Shown: one piece after another, positions 16,798-27,555 of the stretch
Layout: every line of letters begins with the position of its first letter
Numbering within the stretch: the first letter of the stretch is position 1
Source of the DNA: a virus
Lineage: Duplodnaviria; Caudoviricetes
Virus record (IMG/VR): IMGVR_UViG_3300031672_000001
Coordinates: 1 to 60,505 of that record
Direction: 5' to 3' (one strand)
Length of the DNA stretch: 60,505 bases
Position numbers and translations under genes: made by a program
Notes under the pieces: model-generated
The model's database searches: none
Told to the model about the DNA's origin: nothing
Seen by the model: the letters and a program-made list of their open reading frames with translations, nothing else

Positions 16798-19611
16798 CTA
16801 GGCCCGCAGTACGGTCAGGATGAGCTGAAACTCCACTTCGCTTTCTTTCGCCCCGGTCTTGAACTGGGCATACATTTTGCTGTTTGTGCTGCTGGCCGGC
16901 GCTACCGCCGAAATGCAGGGTATCTCCACTGGCGAGTGTGCCCACGGTCCGCCGACATTGGTAACTTCTTTGCCGTTGATGAACAGCACGAGGTTTTCAC
17001 CGGCTGTGTTCTCAGTGAGTCGTACTCGTGCATTGATTACGCGGTCCTGCGGAAAGAGCGGGACCGCTGAGGCCCCGCTAAAACTTTCGATACCGACTTT
17101 TCCAAATACAACGGACCCCGGCACATCTTCATAGACCCCCTGCGAAGACCGTTGAGGCAAGCTCAACGACCGCAACAATTGTCGCAGTGCGTACAGGTGA
17201 TCCTTCGGACGTGAACGGAACCCGATCTGCGTACCGATCCGGCCCTCGGGTCCGAACGTGCGCGTGACCTGCATGATCGCGCGAGGCGTCGTGTCTTCGA
17301 CTCCTACATCGGGCAGCCATACCCGAACACCGTCGCCGGCTCGCCATTTGAGCAGGGAGAGTTTGCCAGTGAGCGGGAACGTGTCGGCGAGTCTGTCCCT
17401 CGCTATCGGCTCGCCGCTGAGGTTGTCCCACGAACCCAACCGGAGAGCGAGCTGCGCTTCAGCCAACGCGGCGAGCAGTTGCGGCTCGGCCACGTTGCCT
17501 TCGCTGATGAACGCTTGAATGTCGAACAGGGCTTCTTCGACGGCTTCAGGGCTCAGCGTCTCGAACGCGACCTGCGAACCCTTCCCGTCAGCTATCCCTG
17601 ATCCAAGTGCCCGGATGCTTGTCGCCGAGTCTGTCGCGTCCAGGGTGTAGGTGTAGTTGTTGATCCCTGAGCGGCGGTCAATGTCGTCGGCTTCTATGAC
17701 CTCGTTGAAGTCTTTGCCCTGCCTGGCAAGTGGGATGAGTTGGCCGGGGAAGTTGCCGGACTCTAACTGTTCGTGCTTGAGCGCGAGCTGATAGCCGAAC
17801 TGCTTGGCCGTGTTCTGGATAATGTCGAAGTGCGACTGGCCTTGGATCGGTTCGTTGAAACAACCCAACGGGGAGAGGGACGTGGATGGGACGACGGTCG
17901 CGGTTTCCCCTGCTATCACGGTGCCGCCCGGATCGGTCCAGCCGGTGGTCGCCTTGAACTGCATGACGATCCCCGAGCTGCCCGCGCCGTTGAAATACTC
18001 AAGGATGATCGGGAACCAGCCCTTCTTTGCGCCTAGAGCTGCTGCTGTGACTTTGCCTTCGACGGTCCGGCTGCCGCCTTCTTTCCATTCGTCGATGATT
18101 TGTTCGCCGAAGAGCGTCTTACCCACCCACAAGCGTGCGCCGTCGTCAAGGTTTGCGATGGTGAATGTGACTTCCGTATTATGTTCGAGGTCGAGATACA
18201 CTGCGCCGTACCAGCGCACCGCGAAGTATGCGTTGATTTTACAGGCTGACGGTGGCGGCGTCCACGGGCCAGCACCCGCATAGCTGATCGTCGGTTCCTG
18301 CCACACTCCCGGTTCAGGGTTACGTGGATCGGGAGCCAACACGGTTTCCTGCCAGCCCGTCGCTGAACCACCGTGCGAATAGTAGTCGGCGTGCAAACCA
18401 CCATACGGGTAGGTGGCTGCTGAGCCGGGGAGAACGTAGTCACCCTTGTTCGAGCCACGGAGGAGGAAAGGCTTTGCTATGCGGAGGAAGGTCTGGCCGA
18501 CGACGGCGTACTCCTTACCAGCTTCTAATTCCGTGCCTTGGCCTATGGCGCTAAGCTCTAACTGCAATTCGGTGGCGGTAAATCCTTTGACGTACCCCAC
18601 CAGACTCCCATTGATATAGCCAAAAATCCATCGACCATCGCACACGAGTTCCAGTGTAAAATCTCCGGTAGTCGGCATACCGATTGTCACTGGAAGTATG
18701 ATCTTTTCTTGTTCTACGTCTCGGTACATCAACAACGATGCTGTGCTTGTAGTACCATGAAAAATGATACCGAGGCGTGCAAGTGGTGGAAAAGCTTCTC
18801 CACCGTTGGTCACAATCACCGCAATCTCCGATTCGCCCTTCTGCCCATTACTAGGACGCAAGAAGGTCATTTGTGCGTTCCAAGTGGGAACATTCACGCT
18901 ACCGGAGGATACCTTAGGCGCGATAAGGGTTATCGTCCCAGAGTTCGCCGCTCCGGGAACGAGTGATTCTGCTATCAGCCTCGCGCCTTCGACCGTGTAT
19001 TCGACTTTTGCAAAACCTTCTTTTGTCGCTACTTTGGATGTCCAGCCAGCTGGCGCTTTCGCTTCCAAGAACGTTGTCACCACCGGCACCACGTCCACCC
19101 GCGTGTAGCGCTCGAGCAAATCCCGTGGAGCGATGATCCCCCTGTATTCCTTCTCGTACGCCTTCTTCAACAACCAGAACCCGTCATAGCCCGAGACGAC
19201 GATCTTCTGGCGGTCCTTGACGATCTTCACGATGGTGCCGACGAACTCGACTTCGCCCTCACGGCTGATCTCGATGAACTGCTTATGACCGTCCGAGGAG
19301 AAGCGCGAGCGCCACGGCTGGCCGTCTGAGGCGTCGCGGTTGGGGAAGCCGATCGTCCAGTCCCCCGCGTCATTCAGTCGGAGAACATAGTTACCTTCGT
19401 GGAAGTCCGGGCTTGTCGGTTCGTGGCTGACCGGCAGCGGCTTGGCGTAGAGCGTCTGAGCGAGGACTGTGGTAGCTGCGCCTAACGGGTTGACGACACC
19501 GGGTTCAGTGACGCTCGCTGCCTTCGGGGCGATCAACCGAAGTCCGTACGTCCCCGGAAAGATTACCTCCCGCTCGGCGACATCGGATTGCTTTTTGACG
19601 TTTTCGGCCAT
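16798..19611 (-). CDS. minor tail/host-specificity protein with PA14 domain
   Basis: FAVRWYGAVY...LDDGARLWVG...IIDEW...IILEYFNGAG is the PA14 signature; position downstream of the TMP. Confidence 0.8.
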   Translation of the reverse strand: MAENVKKQSDVAEREVIFPGTYGLRLIAPKAASVTEPGVVNPLGAATTVLAQTLYAKPLPVSHEPTSPDFHEGNYVLRLNDAGDWTIGFPNRDASDGQPWRSRFSSDGHKQFIEISREGEVEFVGTIVKIVKDRQKIVVSGYDGFWLLKKAYEKEYRGIIAPRDLLERYTRVDVVPVVTTFLEAKAPAGWTSKVATKEGFAKVEYTVEGARLIAESLVPGAANSGTITLIAPKVSSGSVNVPTWNAQMTFLRPSNGQKGESEIAVIVTNGGEAFPPLARLGIIFHGTTSTASLLMYRDVEQEKIILPVTIGMPTTGDFTLELVCDGRWIFGYINGSLVGYVKGFTATELQLELSAIGQGTELEAGKEYAVVGQTFLRIAKPFLLRGSNKGDYVLPGSAATYPYGGLHADYYSHGGSATGWQETVLAPDPRNPEPGVWQEPTISYAGAGPWTPPPSACKINAYFAVRWYGAVYLDLEHNTEVTFTIANLDDGARLWVGKTLFGEQIIDEWKEGGSRTVEGKVTAAALGAKKGWFPIILEYFNGAGSSGIVMQFKATTGWTDPGGTVIAGETATVVPSTSLSPLGCFNEPIQGQSHFDIIQNTAKQFGYQLALKHEQLESGNFPGQLIPLARQGKDFNEVIEADDIDRRSGINNYTYTLDATDSATSIRALGSGIADGKGSQVAFETLSPEAVEEALFDIQAFISEGNVAEPQLLAALAEAQLALRLGSWDNLSGEPIARDRLADTFPLTGKLSLLKWRAGDGVRVWLPDVGVEDTTPRAIMQVTRTFGPEGRIGTQIGFRSRPKDHLYALRQLLRSLSLPQRSSQGVYEDVPGSVVFGKVGIESFSGASAVPLFPQDRVINARVRLTENTAGENLVLFINGKEVTNVGGPWAHSPVEIPCISAVAPASSTNSKMYAQFKTGAKESEVEFQLILTVLRA

Positions 19612-21584
19612 TACGTGGACCTCGTGACAATCGAAGCTATGGTTCGAGAATCGACGAGCACGCTTTGGCCCAAGTCCCTCCCGCCGTTGTAAGCTGGCAC
19701 CGTTGCCGTGCGGTCCTCAACCTTGAAGGATTCTATGCGATCCACATACAACGGCGTTGGTGTCGCAGCCGCTTTACTGAGCCACGCATGGATTTCGAGC
19801 GTCGAGTTGTTCGCCACGATATCCCCGAGGTCTAGCCACACGTAGGTACTAGAGGATGATGTCTTTGTCGCTCCCGTGGTCCCCGTCGTCTTCGCGTAGA
19901 TCGAGAGTTCCTCCCCAGCCGTCACCCTTACGTGAGCGAAGACCCTGTACTTTGCTCGCTGACCGTTTGGCCATGTGGCTTGCGTAACATGAGCGTTCGC
20001 GTCATTTATACGCGTCGCTGTCGCTGCGTGTTTTTCTGAGGCTGTCGCATCTTCCGTGTTCGACGTGCCCGAACCGAGCGTCATCGACTCGGCCTCTAGG
20101 ATCTGCTGTGCTAGCAGCGGGTAAAAGGAGAGGTCCATACTGCAATAGCCGGCTGTCGTGTTAAAGACTTCAATCCCGTTTCTCTGCACGCCATACGGGA
20201 CTGTCAAGGTGCCTCGCAGGTCCGGGCTGTTTGCGGCCTGCACCACAGCGATGCTCAGTGCGTACGCCTTACCTTGGCGCAGCACCATGATCTCGTTCTC
20301 GCCCGTGAACGTGCTTGCACCGAGTCCTTCTCCGGCGGGCCAGAAGCCGGTGTGCCCCGTCCCCATCGCTGTCGAGAGCACCGCACCTATGGATGTGGCG
20401 TCGATCTTCGCGGCTGAGATATTTGTGTCGGTGCCGAACACGAAGAAGCCGATCCGACATTCAGCCTGTACTTCGCCATTCGGAGCCGGGTACACCTCAA
20501 CCGTCGGTCCGGTACACCCGCGCTCCAACGTGATGAAGACAACCTCGTGGCTGGACGCTTCGCCATTGGAGAGCACGCACATCATCACCGCGCGGGTTTC
20601 CGAGTACTCGACTAGCTGGGCTGAAATGAGGATGGTGTCCACGTTGAAGTCAATGCTTATCCGCTGTATGGTGATCTTTCCCTGCTCCAACCATTCCGTG
20701 CCGTTCCACACGTCAACAGACCAGCCGGGGATTGTTCCTTCGCGGTTGTACCGCACTCGACACAACCCGTTCGTCAACACGGGCGTGTCGAGTGCGCCGC
20801 CTTCAATCCAGTTATACGGGTAGTCGGGACCGTACATCTCCTCCCAGCCCGCCCCGACTTCCTTCGCCGGAGCCGTGAACGTCCCCCGACGATCGTACGC
20901 GATGACCTGGCCGAGATTTCGGTTGGCTGCTGTCTGCTCGAAGCTCACACGCAGGCTGTCCACCAGACCGACCGCGAGCTGGCACGCACCGCCATCGAAG
21001 CCGGTGGGAAGTGCGTAGAGCGTAACTGCGCTGCCGATGGCAGCACTCGACACGTCCGTCGCACCCGGCGGCAAGTAGGTGAGGTTCAGCGCGGTGAGTG
21101 TTGAGAAGTCTGTCGAGAAGATCTGTTTGCGGTAGTCCCTAGCGAACAGTCCCGTGCGCAGATCCTTCAAGTAGACCCACATCGCGCGCCTATGGGTTCT
21201 CCGATGTCCGATCTTGAACCACACAAACTGCGCCATCTTGAACCAACCCGTCGCCACACCGCTCGAACCCGCACCGTCTTCAAGCTGGCCCTGGTCAGGC
21301 ATGTACCACCCGCTTTGCTCCTCGTCTACCGACCAGTCCAGAAACAGGCCCGAGAGCTTGAACGGCGTGTTGTTCATCAACGAACGGAGTTGCCGGCGCA
21401 CCCTCAGGCGTTCGGCTACCGTATCGTTTTCCGCCGGGCCGAACGTAAAGATCGCGGCTTGGTGACGCAAAGCGGTGCGGATCGCAGGGACCGGAGCGCC
21501 ACCCGTGTTCGTGATTTGATCGCCCATAGCCTCCCGCCAGGTCTCTGGATCGGATAACGCCAAGCGATATATGGTGAAGCTCAT
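19611..21584 (-). CDS. minor tail protein
   Basis: 657 aa, directly after the TMP; C-terminal EAE-initiated carbohydrate-binding-like module. Confidence 0.7.
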   Translation of the reverse strand: MSFTIYRLALSDPETWREAMGDQITNTGGAPVPAIRTALRHQAAIFTFGPAENDTVAERLRVRRQLRSLMNNTPFKLSGLFLDWSVDEEQSGWYMPDQGQLEDGAGSSGVATGWFKMAQFVWFKIGHRRTHRRAMWVYLKDLRTGLFARDYRKQIFSTDFSTLTALNLTYLPPGATDVSSAAIGSAVTLYALPTGFDGGACQLAVGLVDSLRVSFEQTAANRNLGQVIAYDRRGTFTAPAKEVGAGWEEMYGPDYPYNWIEGGALDTPVLTNGLCRVRYNREGTIPGWSVDVWNGTEWLEQGKITIQRISIDFNVDTILISAQLVEYSETRAVMMCVLSNGEASSHEVVFITLERGCTGPTVEVYPAPNGEVQAECRIGFFVFGTDTNISAAKIDATSIGAVLSTAMGTGHTGFWPAGEGLGASTFTGENEIMVLRQGKAYALSIAVVQAANSPDLRGTLTVPYGVQRNGIEVFNTTAGYCSMDLSFYPLLAQQILEAESMTLGSGTSNTEDATASEKHAATATRINDANAHVTQATWPNGQRAKYRVFAHVRVTAGEELSIYAKTTGTTGATKTSSSSTYVWLDLGDIVANNSTLEIHAWLSKAAATPTPLYVDRIESFKVEDRTATVPAYNGGRDLGQSVLVDSRTIASIVTRST

Positions 21585-24500
21585 ATCCCAACCGCTATGT
21601 CTGCCGCGCTGTTAGACGACTGGCTCGCGCTCGCCCCGGCGACGTACTGTTGTCCCTGATATGTGAAGCCCACGCTGCCTCCCAAGACCTTCGTGTTTTC
21701 CTTTGTAGCTTCGGTCAGCTTTTCGGTGGACTTGCCCTGATCGTAGATCTGAGTCTGCAACCCGTTGATGGATAGGCTGAGCCCTTCGATCGTCCGTTCC
21801 ATGCTCGTACGGTCTTCGCCGGAGAGGCCGGGCAACGATTCAATGTCGTGCTGGCGCTGTTCTTCATCGACTTTGATCTGTTCTTCGTGGTGAGTCTTGT
21901 ACGCGGCGTAGTCGGATTTCGCCTGGGCTATCTGCGCTGGGGTGAGGACGCCTTCCTGCTTGGTCTTATCTTCTTCAAGGCCGGAGAAGTCCTTGCCTTC
22001 ACGATGCAAAGAGCCTTCTTCGAGTGTTTCGCCGGTCTGGATTTTCGAGACGTGCGCTTGAAGGCCCGCGTCTACTTCCGCGATGCCCCTCTTGAACGCT
22101 TCATAGACCGCCTTCTGATATTCGATCTGGAGATTACCGACATCGACCTTCGCGCCAGTGATCGCATCGTCCACTTCGCCCATTTGCACTCGGAGAGCCG
22201 CTACCAGTTTCTTGTTATGGGCGTGATGCGCCTTGACTTCGGCAGCCTTCAAAGCCTTGTGCTCCGCTGTCAGTTCGACGATCTCGCCTTCCTTGGCCGC
22301 CTTCTGTGCCGCGAGATATGAAGGATCGGTCGCGGCAGTCGGGAGTGTCGAGCCGATGCCTTTGCTCTGGATCGCGGCTAGGGACTCGTTGACGATCTTC
22401 AGGTTCTCGTGAACGGTCAAATGCGCTTCGCGCTTAGAGAGCTTGGAGACGATGTCCTTCTGCCAGTTCTGCGCAACCTTCAACAGGTCGCCGATCAGCG
22501 TGTCCGTGAGCGCCTTGGAGCCCTTCGCTGTCGCGCTCGACATCAGCTTCCGAAGTCCAGCGATAGCCTGCTTGTCAGCGGCTGGCGCTTCGGTCGGGTT
22601 TTCCAGGGCGAGCTTCTCGATCATCCCGCCCGTGTGCTTAGCCCACCCTTCGATGTCGCCCTTCAACTTGACAGCGAGGGCCTTCGAGTGAAGCTTGTGG
22701 GCCTCCGCGAGAAGCTTCTTCAAGGTCCCTGTGGTCTGGGTTCCGACACGCTCGACTCCGGCGATGTCCGTACCAGGCCGTGCTTTAGCGATACCCAACG
22801 ATTCGCGGATGTCGGCTTCAAGCTCCTTTTCCGGGCTGAGTGGCTTCTTAGCCTTCGGGTGGGTATGGGCGTAGTACGTGTGCTGGACACGCATCGTGTG
22901 CCATTCTTCACTCGTGTGGTATTCGGGCTTGTCGGTGTACGGATTGTTGCCGTAGACCCGCTTACCCGTTGAGGCATGAGGAAGGAAGACGGCGGTCTCC
23001 GTGCCTTTCTCACCGAACAAGGCCATCGTTGGCGAGGATGCTGTGACTGTGCCGCCTTGACCGAAAGAGCCGGCGAAGCCGACGCGGCCGCCGAGAGCAT
23101 GACCCGTCCCGGAGAGATGCCCGTCGTCGCGGAAGCCGATGGGCTTCAGCAGCTTCGAGCCCGTGTAGCCGGCGGTCGCGGCGAGGAAGGCTTCGCGGTT
23201 CGCCAGACCAGCGGGATCGACTTCGCCACCGAAGTCCACGGCACCGCCAGGGTAGATGTCCAAGGCGTGCATCGAGCCGCCGGGGGCTTTCGGATCAGCG
23301 CCGGGACGGTAGCCGGACGTGATGTGTCCAGCCCACCCGTGGGCGCGAGCATAGGAGAGCTCAGGGATGATCCAATCGGCCACGGTGAGCCCGTCGAACG
23401 TACCGAGTTGCGACGGCGTGAAGCCTCCGCCCGTAGGAGCCGCTCCGGCTGCCGTGCCGAGTCCACTGGCACCCGACGATGGATGGACACTGGCGAGCTT
23501 CGCATTGGCCGCAGCAGCAACCCTGTGCAGCACGGCACGTCCTATCTGACCGATGGTCCCGCCCGGTCCCGTCCACTTCGGCGCTTTGATCGAGCCGAAG
23601 ACGCCGTGACCGCCCACGGCAGTCCCACCCGCACCGAAGACGGCTTCGCCGATGGCGTCCGTCGGGAATGATCCGTAGGACATACCCAGTGCCGAGACGC
23701 CAGCACCCGTCACGTCGATCAGCCGAGGCCCGTGCGATCCGATCGCGGACGGTCCCTTGTCGATGACTCGAAGATTCGCGGAGTGTCCACCGATGCTCAC
23801 GCGCGCGACCTTCATCGCCAAGCTTTGAGCTAGCGCATCGTTCCAGTTCCCGCCACCGTGCGGGTTCACGGCGATCCCGGCTTCTGAGCTTGACTTCCCG
23901 TAGGCTGTTCCGCCCGCAGCCTCTCCGGGAGGGCCGAACGTACTCACCGGACCACGTATCCGCAGACCTGTCGCTGCGCTGTGCGGCGTGTGCTCCCCGG
24001 CAACCTCGCGACCAAGACTCGTACCGTACGGGGCAAGCATCTGATCCACTCGCGCCTCTGTGTGACGATTGCCGATCAGGATCTCTCCGCCGCCGACCCT
24101 CGCAGCAGGCCGACCGGACGGGTCGATGAGCGTCCAATTGTCGGGGCCTACGCCACCGGGGACGCGACCGCCGGTAGCAAGTTTGAGGCCGCCGTGACCT
24201 CCTTCTTTCGGACCCGATTCACCCGTTTCTGCGTATTTCAGATAGCTGCCAGCATCCCCAGCAGAGATTATCGGTTCGAGGTCTTTCGCCGTTGGGCCGC
24301 CCTTGACACCCATCATGCTCAACGCACTGGCGAGCAGCTTTGCTATGGCCGAGACACCCTGAGCGGTTGAGATCGTGCCTTCGCGCATCTTTTGCTGGAT
24401 GATGCCCTCGGCAATCTGAAAGTTCTGCCCTAGCGCGTCCGTTCCAGCGCGCGTTCCTCCCAGCGCCCTGTTGATCTGTCCCGCATCGTTCTGCGCTATC

Positions 24501-26863
24501 AGGACGATGTCCCCGAGCTTTTCGTGCGACGCCTTGCGGGTTGTATCCAACCAGACCTGCACGTTTTCGAGTCCGATCCGTACCGGGTTGAATGCCTTGG
24601 CAACGCCTTCAAGCTGCGGCTTCCACTTCGAGAACTGCGGATCGTCCGCCATCTTGACGGCTTCGTCGTGAATCTTCGTCAGCTCGCCTTGCGAGAGTTC
24701 CTGCAAGTGCGGCTGGAGCTTGGTGATCTCGTCACCAAACGCTCGCACATGGTCATTAGCCCCTTCCCCGAAGCCCAGGAAGTTCGCAAAGTCTTTGGTA
24801 GCACCCCCGACTTTTAGTTTGAACAGGTCACTGATGCTCTTGTTAAGGTCTTCCACTTGGTTGTGGAACTGACCCGTGAGGCTGTTCTGACCCGTCGGCA
24901 GGCCCATCGTCGTTCGGTTGCCGGGCACTATTTCGTTACCGACCTCAAACGCGAGGCCCACAGCCCCCGCCATCTTGCCGCCTGACTTCAGGAGCGAGAG
25001 TACGCGCGAGCCACCCGATGCGCCAGCCGCGACTGCTGCGTCGCGCTCGGCCGCAGAGCTGGCCCCGCCTACGCCGGGAATGGACGATCCCCCCTTCCCG
25101 CCCTCCATGCGCACCATGACTGGGTTGGTGAGCGAGCCGGGCCGGATCGGTCCCGTGACGCCCCAGCTACCCGAACCTGTCGGCGAGAGGAAGCTCCCAA
25201 CGGGTCCCGGTATCTTCGATGTGAGTCCACCCAACGGCGTGTGACGCGAGGCCAGCGTCAGAGCTGCCCCGCCCATCAACCCGCCGCCGAGAATGTCCGC
25301 AAGCTGTTTGTGGTCCTTGATGAGTTCCTCGACGGGCGAGAGCATCGCCTCGAAGACGTGCAGCGTCTCGTTCAGAACCGGCAGTAGGCCCGTGCCGAGA
25401 CCGATCTCAAGGTCATGGACCTCTTTCTTGAAGATCGCCCACTGAGCCGCTGGGCCTTCCTCCATCTTCTTGCCGGCCGTTTCAACGGTACCCGTAGAGG
25501 TCTTGAGCACCGATTCCATCGAAGAGAGCGAGACCTTGCCCTGGTCGAGTGCCCTTGCGAAGGCAGGACCCGCCCTGCCACCGAAGATCGCTATGGCCTC
25601 GTTCATCCGTTCCGCTGGGTTCCTGGCTTCCTCCATCGCCTTGAACTCGGACTGAATGACCTTCGCCACCGTGGCATGGACGCCGCCGGCCTTGCTCAAT
25701 GTGGTGTTGAGCGTCTCGTACTTTTCAGTAGCCGTGACGACGGCGGCCTTGGCGGCCAGCAGGGTCGCGTTGTGCGTCGCCTGAGCCGCTGCCGTCTTGG
25801 GCGACTGGGACTCCAGGGCTGCCAGCCTGGCCTTGGTGGCATCCAACCTCATCTTATATTCACCCAAGACGTGCCCAGCCTGTCCCACTCCCTGAGAGGT
25901 GACGACACCAATCTCCTTGGAAGCGGTCTGCACGGCGCGCATGAGCCCACGCGAGACCATCCCGGTCGAGATGCCGGCCTCCTGGAACGCGCCGAACAGC
26001 GCGAGAGAGGACTGGAAGCCGAAGCCCATCGCCTGAAGCGCGGGGCCGAACCGCTGGAGAGTGGACTCAAGCTCTGAAGCGGGCTGTTGGGTCTTCTGCG
26101 CGACCGCGAGGAACTCGTCCATGACCTTGTTCACTTCAGTGCCCGGCACACGGTAGGCGATCATGGCGTTAGCCAGAGTGTCGATCGCCGACTTGGCTTC
26201 CTGGCCGGTCGCCTTGGCGAAGAACAGCATGTCCTTCGTGGACTGGCCGAGCACCGGACCCGTCTCGTTGAAGCGCTTGCGCAAGATCTGCGCAGCAGCA
26301 GCGGTTTCTTCTAATGAGAACTCCGTCGTACGCGCGACTTCGCGCACCGTGCCCATGAAACTCTGAAGGCTCTTGCCGGAGAGTCCGGTTGAGGCCGCCA
26401 CGGACCTTTCGAGCTTGTCGAAAGCAACCGCCGCCTTCACGCTCATCACCACGAACGTGGTGCCAACCCCGAGTATCCCGGCGGCCGCCATGTCCGTCGC
26501 CTTGCGCAACCGTACGTGAGAACCTTCGGTGAGCGCCATCTCGCGTTGTAGTGACTTGTGCTGCTGAGTCAACACGCCCATTTCCGCCGCTTGCAGCTTC
26601 GTGGCCGCACCCGACGCAGTGGTCGCCTTGGTCAGCTTCGCCATCTGCTCCTCAGTCCGTGCGATTTCCACGGCCTGTTGAGCCTTCACGAACTCCAACG
26701 GCTTATGGGAAGACAGCGAGTTCATGTTCTTCGAGAGGCCGGAGAGTCCGGTGTTGCCGAGGTTCGCCAGCTTCGTGATCTCAGCGCCCACACCACGGAA
26801 GACCGCCGATGCCTTGTCATCTGCGCTGACGACGTAGCTGAGCGTCTGCTGTGCATTGCCCAC
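21581..26863 (-). CDS. tape measure protein with embedded peptidoglycan-hydrolase-like domains
   Basis: 1760 aa, Ala/Gly-rich, TP901-type N-terminal region; follows the tail chaperones. Confidence 0.92.
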   Translation of the reverse strand: MGNAQQTLSYVVSADDKASAVFRGVGAEITKLANLGNTGLSGLSKNMNSLSSHKPLEFVKAQQAVEIARTEEQMAKLTKATTASGAATKLQAAEMGVLTQQHKSLQREMALTEGSHVRLRKATDMAAAGILGVGTTFVVMSVKAAVAFDKLERSVAASTGLSGKSLQSFMGTVREVARTTEFSLEETAAAAQILRKRFNETGPVLGQSTKDMLFFAKATGQEAKSAIDTLANAMIAYRVPGTEVNKVMDEFLAVAQKTQQPASELESTLQRFGPALQAMGFGFQSSLALFGAFQEAGISTGMVSRGLMRAVQTASKEIGVVTSQGVGQAGHVLGEYKMRLDATKARLAALESQSPKTAAAQATHNATLLAAKAAVVTATEKYETLNTTLSKAGGVHATVAKVIQSEFKAMEEARNPAERMNEAIAIFGGRAGPAFARALDQGKVSLSSMESVLKTSTGTVETAGKKMEEGPAAQWAIFKKEVHDLEIGLGTGLLPVLNETLHVFEAMLSPVEELIKDHKQLADILGGGLMGGAALTLASRHTPLGGLTSKIPGPVGSFLSPTGSGSWGVTGPIRPGSLTNPVMVRMEGGKGGSSIPGVGGASSAAERDAAVAAGASGGSRVLSLLKSGGKMAGAVGLAFEVGNEIVPGNRTTMGLPTGQNSLTGQFHNQVEDLNKSISDLFKLKVGGATKDFANFLGFGEGANDHVRAFGDEITKLQPHLQELSQGELTKIHDEAVKMADDPQFSKWKPQLEGVAKAFNPVRIGLENVQVWLDTTRKASHEKLGDIVLIAQNDAGQINRALGGTRAGTDALGQNFQIAEGIIQQKMREGTISTAQGVSAIAKLLASALSMMGVKGGPTAKDLEPIISAGDAGSYLKYAETGESGPKEGGHGGLKLATGGRVPGGVGPDNWTLIDPSGRPAARVGGGEILIGNRHTEARVDQMLAPYGTSLGREVAGEHTPHSAATGLRIRGPVSTFGPPGEAAGGTAYGKSSSEAGIAVNPHGGGNWNDALAQSLAMKVARVSIGGHSANLRVIDKGPSAIGSHGPRLIDVTGAGVSALGMSYGSFPTDAIGEAVFGAGGTAVGGHGVFGSIKAPKWTGPGGTIGQIGRAVLHRVAAAANAKLASVHPSSGASGLGTAAGAAPTGGGFTPSQLGTFDGLTVADWIIPELSYARAHGWAGHITSGYRPGADPKAPGGSMHALDIYPGGAVDFGGEVDPAGLANREAFLAATAGYTGSKLLKPIGFRDDGHLSGTGHALGGRVGFAGSFGQGGTVTASSPTMALFGEKGTETAVFLPHASTGKRVYGNNPYTDKPEYHTSEEWHTMRVQHTYYAHTHPKAKKPLSPEKELEADIRESLGIAKARPGTDIAGVERVGTQTTGTLKKLLAEAHKLHSKALAVKLKGDIEGWAKHTGGMIEKLALENPTEAPAADKQAIAGLRKLMSSATAKGSKALTDTLIGDLLKVAQNWQKDIVSKLSKREAHLTVHENLKIVNESLAAIQSKGIGSTLPTAATDPSYLAAQKAAKEGEIVELTAEHKALKAAEVKAHHAHNKKLVAALRVQMGEVDDAITGAKVDVGNLQIEYQKAVYEAFKRGIAEVDAGLQAHVSKIQTGETLEEGSLHREGKDFSGLEEDKTKQEGVLTPAQIAQAKSDYAAYKTHHEEQIKVDEEQRQHDIESLPGLSGEDRTSMERTIEGLSLSINGLQTQIYDQGKSTEKLTEATKENTKVLGGSVGFTYQGQQYVAGASASQSSNSAADIAVGI

Positions 26864-26925
26864 GGCGGTACCTCCTTTCTCGCACGAACAGCCGCGAACC
26901 CTCGCTCAGATTCGCGGCTGTCGTC

Positions 26926-27165
26926 TCATCCTTTCGCCCGACTTTCACCGCGCATAAAAGCGCGGAAAATGGCGTCCAAGCCAGCGGGAAGCTCCTGCTG
27001 TTCAAGCCAAGAGCATTGGCGACCCATGAGCACCCATTCGCCCCAAAGACCGACGACGGTCCGGTCGTCGTCGTCTAGTCGGTGGACGGCTGGGCGTCCC
27101 CCGCTACAGACGAGCCGCGCCCACTCTTCGGCCGGGCCCCCTTCACGGGCGAGCTCTCTTTTCCC
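26926..27165 (-). CDS. tail assembly chaperone, -1 frameshift extension (GT)
   Basis: ORF entered through the slippery G GGA AAA at 27159-27165. Confidence 0.8.
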   Translation of the reverse strand, partial: GKRELAREGGPAEEWARLVCSGGRPAVHRLDDDDRTVVGLWGEWVLMGRQCSWLEQQELPAGLDAIFRAFMRGESRAKG

Positions 27166-27533
27166 ACTGCCTCGCCCCGCGCGGTTTCGACAGCCACGCT
27201 GAGGCATTCGTCGATCCATGCGGCGTCCAGAGCATCGAGGGCTTCGTAATCCTCGACCTTCGGCGTGCCACCCTCGAGCGACCAGCCGACGGCGAGCAGC
27301 TCGAAGACCTTCGGGTCTCCACCCAAGGACTTACCGCGTAGGATCACGCCCTCCGGCGCGACAATCCGCTCGACGCCCGTCGAGTCGTTGATCTGTGCGT
27401 CCTCACGCTTCGAGAGCGCGACCCTCAGCTCGATCCACGCATCGTCAGCGTCGCGTTTGACTCGACCCTCGCCGAGATCCTCGCCGCGCGTGAATCGCCT
27501 CGTCCTTGTTGCATCGACTCGTTTCAGTGACAC
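27075..27533 (-). CDS. tail assembly chaperone (G)
   Basis: lies between the major tail gene and the TMP; contains GGGAAAA encoding GK. Confidence 0.8.
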   Translation of the reverse strand: MSLKRVDATRTRRFTRGEDLGEGRVKRDADDAWIELRVALSKREDAQINDSTGVERIVAPEGVILRGKSLGGDPKVFELLAVGWSLEGGTPKVEDYEALDALDAAWIDECLSVAVETARGEAVGKESSPVKGARPKSGRGSSVAGDAQPSTD

Positions 27534-27555
27534 TTTGCCTGCCCACCTTTCGTCG

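Noticed and set aside
16798-21584. Diversity-generating retroelement acting on the tail genes
   Set aside because: No reverse transcriptase or TR/VR repeat pair seen
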